Assembly (NCBI GenBank): GCA_963768655.1
Contig: CAVYIM010000007.1
Coordinates: 128,001 to 192,000, forward strand
From: an uncultured Chloroflexia bacterium
Lineage (GTDB): Bacteria; Chloroflexota; Limnocylindria; Limnocylindrales; CSP1-4
Reading direction: 5' to 3'
Length of the DNA: 64,000 nucleotides
How positions within the stretch are numbered: the stretch's first letter is position 1; every line of letters begins with the position of its first letter. Positions 53,941-64,000 of this stretch are shown here, piece by piece. The notes under the pieces are model-generated. The model was not told the origin of the DNA. It saw nothing but the letters and a program-made list of their open reading frames with translations, and did not search any database. Position numbers and translations under genes: made by a program.

Positions 53941-55380
53941 CTACGCCTGTGCGGCCGTCTTGTCCGCGAAACTGGCCGCGAACTCGACGAAGCGGTACAC
54001 GTCGGCGAAGGTCGTGACCAGGCCCAGAGACACGCGAACGGCGCCCGTGCTCTTGTCGTCGATGCAGCGCCGAAATTCATCGAGCGCGAGCCGATCGGCC
54101 ACGCCGACGAAGCACGACGAGAGCTCGTCCGCGGACAGGCCCAGAGCAACTTCGCCGCCGCCGGGGTTGCAGAAGCAGCCGGTGCGGAGCGAGATCCCCG
54201 CCCGATTTGCGCGCTCCTCGACGATCCGGTGGTCGATGAAGTGACCACCGGCGTCGTACACGTTCAGCGCGATCGTCCCGCCGCGGTCGGTGGCGTCGAC
54301 AGGGCCGTAGACGCGCACGATGGGCTTCCCATCGCTGTGGCAGAGCGTCGCCAGCGCGCCCAGCAGCCATTCGGTCAGGGACTGGACCCGCGTATGGATG
54401 AGGTCCAGGCCCAGCCGGTCGATGTGACGCAGGCCGATCTCCACGGCCGGCAGCGAGAGGTAGTCGAGCGTCCCATCTTCGAACGCGGCCGGCCCTTCGG
54501 CCATGAAGTATCGGTCGCCCTGAACCGACGCGACGGTGATCGTTCCCCCCGCGAACCAGGGGCGGTGGAGCTTCCGAAGCGCCGCCTTGCGGGCGATCAG
54601 GACGCCGACGCCGGTCGGGTAACCGAAGATCTTGTAGAACGAGATCGGTACGAAGTCGGGGTGCCAGCGGCTCAGATCCAACCTGTTCGTCGGCACGAAG
54701 GCCGCCGCGTCGAGCAGGACGTCCCAGCCTCGCTCCTGCGCTCGGGCGATCCATTCGAGCGAGTGCTGGACGCCCGAGAAGTTCGACTGGGCCGGGTAGG
54801 CGAGCAGATTCGAAGCCCCGGCAGCGGCCTCGCCGAGGCAGGCGGCCAGGCGTCCCTCGTCGATCCGCATGTCCGGCGGAATGACCGGCGCGTAGGTCAC
54901 GCGCGCGCCCCTCGCGCGGGCGAACTCGCGAATGCCGTTGACCGAGTTATGGTTATCGAAGGTCAGCAGATAGTGCCCGCCCGGCGAGAAGGGGTAGGCC
55001 TCGCCGACCAGGCGCAGAGCGCCGCTGGCGTTCTGCGTGAAGCACGCCACGTATTCGTCGGGTGAAGCATTGAAGTGCTCCAGCACGGATGCGCGGGCGC
55101 GCTCCACCCAGTGCGACATGGCGAGCGACGCCGGGTTGGTCGAGTGCGGGTTGCCGAACACGCCGCTCATCAGCAGCTCCGCATGGGCTCGAACCTGCGA
55201 GTCGGCGTAGACGCCTCCCGCGGTGTAGTCGAGGAAGACGTGGCCGTCGCGGTCCAGGCGCGCGTAGTCGGTCGCCCGCAGCTCATCGAGTGAGTGAGTC
55301 GCGTCGAACTCGGGATGTGCCTGCCGGAAGCTGGTCTGGGCATCGGCGAACGGGACAAGCTGACCGGGCTGGAATGCCAT
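53941..55380 (-). CDS. Class-V PLP enzyme resembling the NifS-like domain of molybdenum cofactor sulfurase
   Basis: LDYTAGG, GNPHS, DNHNSV.GIR, QSNFSG, LDAAA, SFYKIFGYPTG, RTGCFCNPG. Confidence 0.85.
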   Translation of the reverse strand: MAFQPGQLVPFADAQTSFRQAHPEFDATHSLDELRATDYARLDRDGHVFLDYTAGGVYADSQVRAHAELLMSGVFGNPHSTNPASLAMSHWVERARASVLEHFNASPDEYVACFTQNASGALRLVGEAYPFSPGGHYLLTFDNHNSVNGIREFARARGARVTYAPVIPPDMRIDEGRLAACLGEAAAGASNLLAYPAQSNFSGVQHSLEWIARAQERGWDVLLDAAAFVPTNRLDLSRWHPDFVPISFYKIFGYPTGVGVLIARKAALRKLHRPWFAGGTITVASVQGDRYFMAEGPAAFEDGTLDYLSLPAVEIGLRHIDRLGLDLIHTRVQSLTEWLLGALATLCHSDGKPIVRVYGPVDATDRGGTIALNVYDAGGHFIDHRIVEERANRAGISLRTGCFCNPGGGEVALGLSADELSSCFVGVADRLALDEFRRCIDDKSTGAVRVSLGLVTTFADVYRFVEFAASFADKTAAQA

Positions 55381-55547
55381 GCGGTTCTCCGGAACGTGTG
55401 GACGTGAGCTTGCGGCTGGCGGCAGCGGCAGTCAAACGGTGCGTCGGGCGCACGTGGCACCGCGAATTGGCGACCGGTGGGCCGTGCCGGCGACTGCGAT
55501 GCCGGCTCCGCGCCGGCGTCCAGGCCGGAACTGGCTTCGAGGCGGAG

Positions 55548-57224
55548 CTAGGAGTGCCCCGGGTCGACGAGTGCCACGTAGACGGCCGAGCGGCCCGGGT
55601 ACGCGGCGGCCAGGCGTCCGTCGCCGTAGGCATAGCGCACGATGCCGTCAGGCCCGAAATCGGCTCGCTCACGCAATCCGACCCCGTTGGAGTCGGCGGC
55701 CACATCAGCCGGATACCAGCGCGCCGTCGTGATCCGAGCCGGTGCCATGAATGTCTCGCCGGCGTCGTAGGAGACGGAGTAGTAGGTGCCGACGGTCGCG
55801 CGGAGGCTGGCGCCCTTCGGCACGTCCGTCAGCCCGTGGAAGCCGACGAAGACCGTGCCATCCCGGACAGCGAGCGTCGGCTTGAAGGCGGACTGCGGCA
55901 GCCCGCCAATCTCGGGCAGGGCCGGGAGCGTCCGCCATTCCCAATCGGTGCCGTCGTCGCTGTAGCCGACCTCGATGGTGCCGTGGGCACCGCCGGCGCC
56001 CGCCGCGGCCGTGTAGTTGGAAACGGCGAGCAGTATGCGTCCGCTGGACTGGTCGATGTCGAAGCCCATGTCCCACTTGGGATCGGGGCGCAGGGCGTCC
56101 GTCGTCCCCGGGGCCGGGACACCGTTCACGGTGTAGGTGTTGCGGGCAAGCGTAATCGCCCAGACTGCTGGTTCTGCTGTCAATCTTTTGGCGATGCGGT
56201 CGTAGTGGAGGTGGGCAACAGCGAAGCCGACCCGCCCGACGTTGTCGAGCCCGCCCGAAGCGAAGGGTTCGCGGTCGTTCCACCGGCGCATGTCTTCTTC
56301 GTAGAAGGCAACGTAGGCAGATCCGTCGGGCGCTGTTCGCACCCGATAGTCGATCCTCCAGGCGGCCGGGAATCCGTTCAGGCCCACCCGCGCGACCTGC
56401 GCGATCTGCCAGCTACGGCCGCCGTCTGCCGATGCCAGGACGGCCAGGCCCGGCCCGGCTTGGGCATCCGCCTGCCAGTTGTAGGCAACGTAGACCGTAC
56501 CGAAATTGGGGCTGGCGGCGTTGCAGTCAACCGTGATGTCCGGATAGCCACCGATCCAGGGCGGTGTGCGTCGCTCCACATGCAGCGGCGCCCAGGTCTT
56601 TCCAAAGTCGTCGCTGTAGGACACGCTCACCGAATGCGCGCCGTAATTGCAGTTGGGTACGGTGGTGTCCGCCCACCAGAGACGGGACGACCCGGCAGTG
56701 GGCCCAGGTCCCCAGGCTACGACTCCGTGATAGTTGGGCCCACGCCCCGTCCCCGTCCAGGGGCGCCCGGGGGCGTTCTGCCACGTCCGCCCTCCGTCAT
56801 GTGAGATGCGGATTCCGGTGTCGAGACCGCAGGCGGAGCTTGCCGTCAGGCGCTGATAGACGAGCGCGACCAGATCGGGGTCGAATGGACTGACGGCGAC
56901 GGTCGGCTCCGTCACGGAATCTGACGGGAAGCTAGTGCCCACCGACGAAACTGCGTCTACGTCTGCCAGCACGCGCGGCTTCGGGGCCTGCGTCTGAGTC
57001 GGCAGCGCCGACGGCAACGGAGAACTCGTCTGCAGAGGCGGCGGCGGTTCGGTAGAAAGCGTCGTGGTGGCCGTGGCCCCGGGCTCAGCCGTGGTCTGCG
57101 CGAGCGGCGCCGGCTGTGAGGCGCGGGTCGCCTCGGCCAGGGATCCCGGGTACATGAACAGGACGCCGGCCGCTCCGATGGTGACGACCAGTACCCCGAC
57201 GATTCGTTTCGCCAGACGCCTCAT
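55548..57224 (-). CDS. Exported Asp-box (BNR) beta-propeller, sialidase-like
   Basis: Signal or anchor segment, Pro/Thr linker, and Asp-boxes SHDGGRTW, SDDFGKTW, SADGGRSW, SDDGTDW, SYDAGETF. Confidence 0.78.
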   Translation of the reverse strand: MRRLAKRIVGVLVVTIGAAGVLFMYPGSLAEATRASQPAPLAQTTAEPGATATTTLSTEPPPPLQTSSPLPSALPTQTQAPKPRVLADVDAVSSVGTSFPSDSVTEPTVAVSPFDPDLVALVYQRLTASSACGLDTGIRISHDGGRTWQNAPGRPWTGTGRGPNYHGVVAWGPGPTAGSSRLWWADTTVPNCNYGAHSVSVSYSDDFGKTWAPLHVERRTPPWIGGYPDITVDCNAASPNFGTVYVAYNWQADAQAGPGLAVLASADGGRSWQIAQVARVGLNGFPAAWRIDYRVRTAPDGSAYVAFYEEDMRRWNDREPFASGGLDNVGRVGFAVAHLHYDRIAKRLTAEPAVWAITLARNTYTVNGVPAPGTTDALRPDPKWDMGFDIDQSSGRILLAVSNYTAAAGAGGAHGTIEVGYSDDGTDWEWRTLPALPEIGGLPQSAFKPTLAVRDGTVFVGFHGLTDVPKGASLRATVGTYYSVSYDAGETFMAPARITTARWYPADVAADSNGVGLRERADFGPDGIVRYAYGDGRLAAAYPGRSAVYVALVDPGHS

Positions 57225-57496
57225 CTCGCCGGCCCTCGTGCGGACCGCGTCCCTGCGGGACGGCCGCGGGACGAGCATAGCGCCCCGCGCTTGCCTGTAT
57301 TCGCCGACGTTCGCGTGCGTTACAGGCCTGATCTATGGGCTAGACGTACCGCCCCCGGCCGTTGTGCCGGCGGCGGGGTAGGGGACCAAGCCCGGCGCGC
57401 CCGCCTCGGCCGCCCGGCTCTCGGCTCTCGGCTCCATCTTCACCCCCGGCGTGCCCCTGGCTCCGGGCAGTCCCACTCCAACCCCGGCTGCCCGCC

Positions 57497-59900
57497 CTAC
57501 GTCGCCCGGTTTTCGATCGTGCTCGGGGTCAAGTAGCGCCTGCGATCCGTAATCTCCAGGGGCGTGCCCGTCAGCTCAAGGTCGGCCGTCAGCTTCAGGT
57601 CGCCTGACGAACTCCCCGCCCAGATCCGGACGTGACCCGGCTCGATCACCTGTCGGAACGCTCGATCGAGCAAGCCGAGCTGCTCGCTGGCGAGCCGGAA
57701 GGCGACCGTGCATGCGTCGCCGGGACCCAGCCTGACTCGCTTGAAGCCGCGCAGCTCCTCGATCGGCCTCGTCACGCTCGCCTCCAGGTCGTGAACATAG
57801 AGCTGCACGACCTCGTCGCCTGAACGTTCGCCGACGTTGCGGATGTCGACCCGAACCGTCGTCTCTCCGGCCAGGGTAGGAATGCAGGCTGGGTCGAGCC
57901 GCAGATTCGAGAGCTCGAACCGGGTGTAGGACCGACCGAACCCGAACGGCCAGAGTGGCGTGGCCGGCCCGTCCACGTAGTCGCCGTGCCAGTGGGACAT
58001 GCCACCAGACGCTTTGTGGCGGTAGCAGACCGGCACCTGGCCGACGTGGCGGGGCACGGTGAAGGGAAGCTTGCCGCCTGGATTCTGGTCGCCGAAGAGG
58101 GCACCGACGATGGCTTCCGCGCCCTCGTCACCCGGAGCCCACGCCAGCAGGATGGCCCGGCAGCTTCGGGCCGCCGATTTCGAGCGCCAGCGGTCGACCG
58201 CTCATGACGACCAGCACGACTGGCGTACCGGTCGCGGCGACCGCGTCCAGCAACTCCTGCTGGCGGCCCGGCAGGCCGATGTCGAGCCGGTCGCGCGATT
58301 CGCCGGTCGTGCACGGCATCGAGAAGCCGGATCGTTCGCCCAGGACAAGGACGGCGACTTCGGCACACCGGGCGAGCTCCACGGCCGCCTCGATCTGCGC
58401 CGGCGTGCCGTCGGTCAGGCCACAGCCCTTCTCACAACGGACGTCGGCACCTGGCAATCGATCCCGCAGTGCGTCGAAGACCGTGCGCCGGCTCGCCAGC
58501 TCATCGGTCAGGAGGTTCTCGCCCCGTTCTATGTACTGCCGCCCGAGTGGTTCATCGGCCGCCTCCAGGAGAATCTCGAGTGTCGCCACGTAGCTGTAGT
58601 CGCCGAGCAGCTCGCGGCTGCTGTCGGCCAGGGGACCGATGACTGCGACCGACCGGACGCCGGCCGGCAGCGGCAACAAGTCGCGATTCTCGACGAGCAC
58701 AAGCGAGCGGCCGGCGAGTTCGCGACCCAGCCGACGCTCGTCCTCCGTCGGCCGGAGAAACGCCGAGGACGCCTGCTCATCTACATAGGGATCCTCGAAC
58801 AGCCCGAGTCGGAACTTGGTCGACAGCGTTCGAGCCACTGCTCGATCCAGCAGCGACTCGGGCACGGCCCCGCCGTCCAGCCGCGCGGCCAGAGGCTCAG
58901 CGTATGCCGCGGGCGCCGGGGTCTCGACGTCGACCCCGGCGCGAAGGGCGAGTTCGGCTGCGACGCCAAGGTCCGCCGTCATCCGGTGCTGGGTGACCAG
59001 TTGCTCGATGCCCTCGAAGTCGGCTACGACCGCGCCATCGAAGCCCCATTCGTTGCGGAGGATGCGCGACAGCAGTTCCTCGGACGCGACGCACGGGACG
59101 CCGTCGAGGTCGGTATAGGCGTGCATCACGCTCGCCATGTCCGCCTCCCGCACGGCGGCCTCGAAGGGCAGGAGGAACTCCTCGCGGATCTCTCGCGGCC
59201 CGAGGTGAGCCGGAGCCTGGTTGAGTCCGCCTTCGGGGACCCCATGACCGACCATGTGCTTGCCTGTGGCGACCACCCCGTCTCTCAGATCGCCTCGATC
59301 GACTCCCTGGAGGCCTCGCACGTAGGCACATCCCATCGCCGAGGCGAGATAGGGGTCTTCGCCGAAGGTCTCCTCGATCCGGCCCCAACGCGGGTCGCGA
59401 GCCAGGTCGAGGACCGGCGCCAGTGCCTGCCGCAGCCCGAGTGCCCTCATGCGGCGGCGAATCGAATCGGCGATGGACTGGAGCAGCTCCGGGTCCCACG
59501 CGGCGGCCGCGCCGATGGACTGCTGGAAGCAGGGCCCCGAACGGGCCATCAGGCCGTGAAGCGACTCCTCGTGCAGGATGGCGGGAATGCCCAGGCGCGT
59601 CTCTTCGACCAGGAACCTCTGGATCGCGTTGCCGGCTCGCGCTACGTCGCGGGCGTCCAGGGTTGATGCGCCGGCCAGGCGGGTGATCTGGCCGACTCCG
59701 TACTGGAGCCGCGTGCGGGCGGCGGGCCCGGCGAGTTGGGCGCCATGGAGAACGTCTGCCGCCCAAACCGACACGACCTGCGCCAGCTTTTCCCGACGGG
59801 TCATTCGGCCCAGGAGATCAGCGGTACGGACCTCGATCGGCAGATCGGGATCGCGATACGGCGTGTTCGCCAGTTGTCCGCCGGGAGCGACAGTGCTCAC
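57497..59900 (-). CDS. GH3 beta-glucosidase/beta-xylosidase with fibronectin-III tail, frameshift at about 58176-58180
   Basis: RLGIP...EE.LHG, RDPRWGRIEETFGEDP, KH, VADF nucleophile region, GES.DR. After the shift come NPGGKLP.T.P, PFGFG.SYT and EVVQLY. Confidence 0.9.
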
Positions 59901-60050
59901 TCCGATGGGCTCCTTCGAACTTGGAATGACCCGCTCGAGATGCCAGGATCGGCAAGGTGGGGCGATGATATCCTCACGGGCCGTCGCGGCGGAGCCCGTG
60001 TCTGGGCTCGGCCGGCGGTGGGGCCCGCCCGGCGCGACCAGCGCGCCCCT

Positions 60051-60740
60051 CTACCGATAGTCCTGGGCGCTGAACCACCTGCCGCAGCTGCCATCCTCCA
60101 GGAGCACCGGCACGAGGGCTCCGGGAAGCACCGTCTCCACGGCGTTGGGGGCTTGAGGCCCACCCAGATCCGTTCGCAGCCAGCCCGGATCGAGCAGGTT
60201 CATGGTCACGCCGGTTCCGTGCAGGTGGGGCGCCATGTCGTAGACGTATTTGTCGAGCGCAGCCTTCGACGCGGCGTAGGCCATCAGCTGGGGCTGATCC
60301 TTGATCCCCGAGGTCACGTTCACCACCCGACCGAACTTGCGCGCGATCATGCCCGGCAACAGGAGGTTGCACAGCGTGATGGGTGCAAGGGTGTTGACCT
60401 GAAAGCAGAGCCGGTACTCGTCCGGCTCGGCGGCGAACATGTCTTCGTGCCAGGCTGACTGGACGGCCGCGTCGTTGTAGAGGATGTCGATGCCGCCGGA
60501 GATGCGAAGGGCTTCCTCGGCCAGGGCGATCACCTGCGCCTGGTCCGACAGCTCGGCCTGCAGCCCGTGCACGGTCAGGCCGCGCGCTCGAAACTCGGCC
60601 ACCAGCGCGGCGGTGTGCTCGCGTTTGCGACTCTGGAGGAGGAGACGGCAGCCCTCGTCGGCCAGCGCCCCGGCCACCTGCCTGCCGATGCCACGGCTGG
60701 CACCGGTGAGCAGCACCCATTTGCCTGAAATGTCCAGCAT
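60051..60740 (-). CDS. Short-chain dehydrogenase/reductase
   Basis: TGASRGIG, YAASK, PGW..TD. Confidence 0.9.
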   Translation of the reverse strand: MLDISGKWVLLTGASRGIGRQVAGALADEGCRLLLQSRKREHTAALVAEFRARGLTVHGLQAELSDQAQVIALAEEALRISGGIDILYNDAAVQSAWHEDMFAAEPDEYRLCFQVNTLAPITLCNLLLPGMIARKFGRVVNVTSGIKDQPQLMAYAASKAALDKYVYDMAPHLHGTGVTMNLLDPGWLRTDLGGPQAPNAVETVLPGALVPVLLEDGSCGRWFSAQDYR

Positions 60741-60931
60741 GCGAACCTCCCTGGCCAGGCCATCTGCGGCCCACGCGATGATGACACGGCCGGCGTGCGC
60801 GAAGAGCCATCGCCGGAAGCGGTCAGGGTCGCAGTGGCGAACGCGCGGCGATGTGACACCATGCGCACGGCGGACCCAGACCCCGTCAGTCTCGAAGTAC
60901 CGCCAGAGATACCCGCTCGCGGAGAGGTTCG

Positions 60932-61894
60932 ATGTTCGCCCACATTCCGACGCCTCTGGAGCCGGCCGATCGCCTCGGGGCGGCGCTCGGCCTCGAGCCG
61001 GGCCGCCTCTGGGTCAAGCGAGACGACTGCACGGGCCTGGCTACCGGTGGGAACAAGGCGCGCAAGCTCGAGCTCCTCGTCGCCGACGCCCTCGCCGGCG
61101 GCGCCGACGTGCTGGTGACCGCCGGCGGGCCTCAGAGCAACCATGCTCGTCAGACGGCGGCCGCCGCAGCCCGCATCGGAATAGGATGCGTCCTGGCGTT
61201 CAACAGCGATCGACCGAGCGGGACGGAATCCAACCAGCTCCTTGACGTGATCTTCGGTGCCGAGCGCCGCTTCCTTGGGCCGATCGCGATGGACGATCTC
61301 AATGCCGCCGTCGAGCGCATCGCCGGCGAGCTCCGCGCCGCGGGCCGCAGACCCTACACGATCCCGATCGGTGGCTCGTCGCCGCTTGGCGCCAGCGCGT
61401 ATGTCACGGCCGCCGACGAGATACTGGCCGACCTCCGTCACGACGATGCGCTCGTGGTCACCGCGATGGGCTCCGGCGGCACTCAGTCAGGCCTGGCGGC
61501 GCGGCTGGGCCACGAGCGTGTCATCGGGATCGACGTGGGCGCCGTGGCGGACCCCATCGGGACCGTTCGCCGCCTGACCATCGAGGTGGCCGCCTTGCGC
61601 GGCCTTCCTGCGCCCACCGGCGAGCCCCGGATTGCCGGGGACCAGGTCGGCGATGGCTACGGCGCCGCCACAGGGGCGTGCCTCAGCGCGATCCGCCTGG
61701 CCGCTCGCACGGAAGGCCTCGTCCTCGATCCCGTCTATTCGGGCAAGGCGATGGCCGGCTTGATGGCTCTGCCTCGGTCGGAGTTGCAGGCCAGGGCGGT
61801 CGTCTTCCTGGCCACCGGCGGCGTTCCCGCTCTCTTCGAGTCCCGCTATGAGGACTGGCTGTCCGGACCCGAACAGCGCACTTCGGGCGACTGA
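60932..61894 (+). CDS. D-cysteine desulfhydrase / ACC deaminase family PLP enzyme
   Basis: PTPL, VKRDD..G..GGNK.RKLE, QSNH, GSGGT, LDPVYSGKA. Confidence 0.9.
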   Translation: MFAHIPTPLEPADRLGAALGLEPGRLWVKRDDCTGLATGGNKARKLELLVADALAGGADVLVTAGGPQSNHARQTAAAAARIGIGCVLAFNSDRPSGTESNQLLDVIFGAERRFLGPIAMDDLNAAVERIAGELRAAGRRPYTIPIGGSSPLGASAYVTAADEILADLRHDDALVVTAMGSGGTQSGLAARLGHERVIGIDVGAVADPIGTVRRLTIEVAALRGLPAPTGEPRIAGDQVGDGYGAATGACLSAIRLAARTEGLVLDPVYSGKAMAGLMALPRSELQARAVVFLATGGVPALFESRYEDWLSGPEQRTSGD

Positions 61895-62001
61895 TCGAGT
61901 CCATCCCCGCGCCCGTCGGTGTCGACGCGACAGGCGTCGACGATGAGCGCAGAATGGCATCCGCATCGGCGGAGTTGCCGGGCATCCCAGACGAGGGCCA
62001 G

Positions 62002-62259
62002 ATGACGAAAAGGTCTAGACACGAACGCGAACAGCGAGCGGCGGAGAATGTGCGCGTCAAGCAGATCACTGCCGACTGGGAGCGCGCCGTTCCGGCTGAG
62101 CGCGCAGCGTCCTTCGCGGCCCAGGTAGAGGCGGCCCGCGCCCGAGGACCGTTGCCCCCTCAGCCGGACATGGCCCCCGGAACGGCTCCGAATCCGCCTC
62201 GCCCCGGCAACGAACCGCGCCCGCCGAAGAAGGAAGAGACGCGCCGCACGCGGTACTAG
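62002..62259 (+). CDS. Small hypothetical protein (basic helix with Pro-rich tail)
   Basis: ATG at 62002 after GAGGG. It fills the gap on the coding strand. Confidence 0.5.
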   Translation: MTKRSRHEREQRAAENVRVKQITADWERAVPAERAASFAAQVEAARARGPLPPQPDMAPGTAPNPPRPGNEPRPPKKEETRRTRY

Positions 62260-62265
62260 GCGGCG

Positions 62266-62682
62266 TCAGGGCAGCCGCGCGTCTGTCGCCTCGTCCGCCA
62301 GGCCGCCGTAGAACCGGCCCAGAACCTGCGCGAACACAGGTTCATTGGGCGCGGCGCGGTGGAACAGCGTCATGCACGAGCGGAGCTTCATCGCGTCGAT
62401 CGACCCGAAGATCTGCTCCGCGGTGCGTCCCTCTGTCTCCAGGACGATCCCGGCGCACTCGCGCAGGCGAGCACCAAGCAGCGGGTGGGCGAGATACTCG
62501 CGCGCCTCATCCAGCGAGCCAATGGCGAAGCGCTGGGACATGTAGCTGTACCCGAGGCCGGCGATCTGAGGGAAGATGAACCACATCCAGTGGCCGGTCT
62601 TGCGCCCGCGCCGCAGCTCTTCGAGCACGCCGGCGTAGACGTCCTGCTGCTCCACGAGGAACCGGTCGAGGTCGTATGGCAT
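62266..62682 (-). CDS. DUF1810 family protein
   Basis: DL.RF..Q...Y...L.ELR.G.K..HWMWFIFPQ..GLG...YL.HP.LG.RL...KL.S.MTLF. Confidence 0.9.
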   Translation of the reverse strand: MPYDLDRFLVEQQDVYAGVLEELRRGRKTGHWMWFIFPQIAGLGYSYMSQRFAIGSLDEAREYLAHPLLGARLRECAGIVLETEGRTAEQIFGSIDAMKLRSCMTLFHRAAPNEPVFAQVLGRFYGGLADEATDARLP

Positions 62683-62845
62683 GGGGCCATTGTGGCGAGG
62701 ATTCGCCCGCGCGGTGGGGCATGGGACAGCAGGCAGGCCGAACACCAGAACAAGGCCGCGCCTCGACGACGGCCCCGTTGTGCGCGGCCAACGGCTTCCG
62801 CGGGCGAGCCTTACGGAACCGGTCCGGTCGACCGAAGGCTCAAGA

Positions 62846-63214
62846 ATGGACGGCATCCTCGCGATCGGCTCGTCTCTGCCTTCGCTGCCTTCGCTGCAGG
62901 CGCGGTCGCTCGCGAACCGCGACTCGGAGCCGGCTTCCTGCGACCCGGGCGTCTCGCCGGCGGAGCCGGACCCGATGCCGGCGCTGGGCGCCGTGGAAAG
63001 CAGCGGTCCGGCCGCCGAACAGCAGCGGATGCTGCAGTTCATCAGTCACGTCGACGCCAATTGCTTCATCTCCCTGCTCCAGATGCAGGATCCGATGCCG
63101 GATGACCCTCGGGCCCGGGCCGAGTACAAACGCTTCTACCGGGAGCTTCACGAAACCCTCGAAGTCCCGTTGCCGCCTCAAGACCCCCAGCCGGTCCGCC
63201 TGCCGACTGAGTGA
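62846..63214 (+). CDS. Hypothetical protein
   Basis: ATG at 62846, divergent from DUF1810, no recognisable motif. Confidence 0.4.
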   Translation: MDGILAIGSSLPSLPSLQARSLANRDSEPASCDPGVSPAEPDPMPALGAVESSGPAAEQQRMLQFISHVDANCFISLLQMQDPMPDDPRARAEYKRFYRELHETLEVPLPPQDPQPVRLPTE

Positions 63215-63452
63215 GGTCGCAGGGGTCGATGGAAGCGTTGGCCTTCGGCCCGATTGATGGCAGGGCGCCGGCGCCCGGTCTGCCTCCGCGCGAACCTTCT
63301 GGCGAAGCGGACCCGTCGGATCGATAGTGCCGGGACGGCAGGAGTCGCGCTCACTTCGCCTCTGGCCAGCGTGGGCGCCTCGTAACCGGGTCTGCGTCTA
63401 CCCCTGACTCCTGGCTCGGCCAGTAGGGCTACGCCGCGCGAGCGCGCCGGCG

Positions 63453-64000
63453 TCAGGGAAGGATGTTCGCCAGGCAGGTCGGGCCGCCGTCGGCGAGCGC
63501 GAACTCGTCCAGCTCTAGCTCGTGAACTGCCATCCCAGTTTCACGCAGGAGCCGGGCTCCGGTCGGGCTTCCCAAGCCCAGGAACGCGTGCCCCCCGAGC
63601 GCGAGGACGTTGGCCCCCAGCAGTTCGTCGTCGGGCAGCAGCAGGCGGCGGACCTCGCCCGCGGGTGCGGCGTCAGGGCCGGCCGCGTCGAGCGAGGCGA
63701 AGCCGGCGGCCGTGCCGATGAGCGTGTCCGGCGTTACGGCGGTGACGGCCGTGGCGAGGTGAAGGCGATCCGCCACGGGGCAGAGGAGCGGCCGGTATCC
63801 GAGGGATCGAGCGGCGTCGGCGAGGACCCGCGCGCCCAGGACGTTGGTCCGGCCGCTGAGGCCGATCGCAATGCGGTCGCCATAGACGACCACGTCGCCG
63901 CCCTCGAGCGTCCCGGGATCCTGCACTCGCACGACCTGCGTGTCCGCCGTCAGGTGCGCGAGGGCGGACCGGAGCACGGAATCGACCTCGAGGCGCCGGG
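63453..64000 (-). CDS. Dimethylarginine dimethylaminohydrolase / amidinotransferase (pentein) family, 5' truncated
   Basis: LEGGDV, G.S.RTN, LHL, ANVL and E....DGG.TC with the catalytic Cys. Confidence 0.85.
   Translation of the reverse strand, partial: RRLEVDSVLRSALAHLTADTQVVRVQDPGTLEGGDVVVYGDRIAIGLSGRTNVLGARVLADAARSLGYRPLLCPVADRLHLATAVTAVTPDTLIGTAAGFASLDAAGPDAAPAGEVRRLLLPDDELLGANVLALGGHAFLGLGSPTGARLLRETGMAVHELELDEFALADGGPTCLANILP

Overview
High-GC bacterial chromosome segment. About 50 kb is a conserved + strand housekeeping superoperon: nusB-acpP-rnc-smc-ftsY-ffh-[DUF3352-like]-rpsP-khpA-rimM-trmD-rplS-rnhB-yraN-rpsB-tsf-pyrH-frr-uppS-cdsA-dxr-rseP-ispG-proS-[two divergent GT-C-like membrane genes]-nusA-rnpM-infB-rbfA-nrnA-truB/ribF-rpsO-pnp-asd-udg-rnj-ftsK-rodZ-like-pncC-murC-like-yajQ-TPP enzyme. 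The remaining 13 kb or so is mixed-strand accessory metabolism: pncB, PAS and FHA proteins, a MOCOS-like PLP enzyme, an Asp-box propeller, GH3, SDR, a D-cysteine desulfhydrase family enzyme, DUF1810 and a DDAH-like enzyme. Gene order, the short EF-Ts and the archaeal-type ProRS suggest a Terrabacteria lineage, most likely Chloroflexota (inference only). Main observations: (1) PNPase carries a complete DEDDh (DnaQ/Pol III epsilon-like) 3'-5' exonuclease domain inserted in frame between its two RNase PH domains. (2) TruB is fused to an FMN-adenylyltransferase domain whose riboflavin-kinase part looks degenerate. (3) All five frameshifts in the window (trmD, dxr, rnj, ftsK, GH3) are single-base insertions at GAATC/GATTC sites, pointing to a modification-linked sequencing error and so to a possible GAWTC/GANTC DNA modification. 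(4) UDG and RNase HII have beta-clamp-like motifs in their tails. No tRNA, rRNA, CRISPR array or transposase was recognised.
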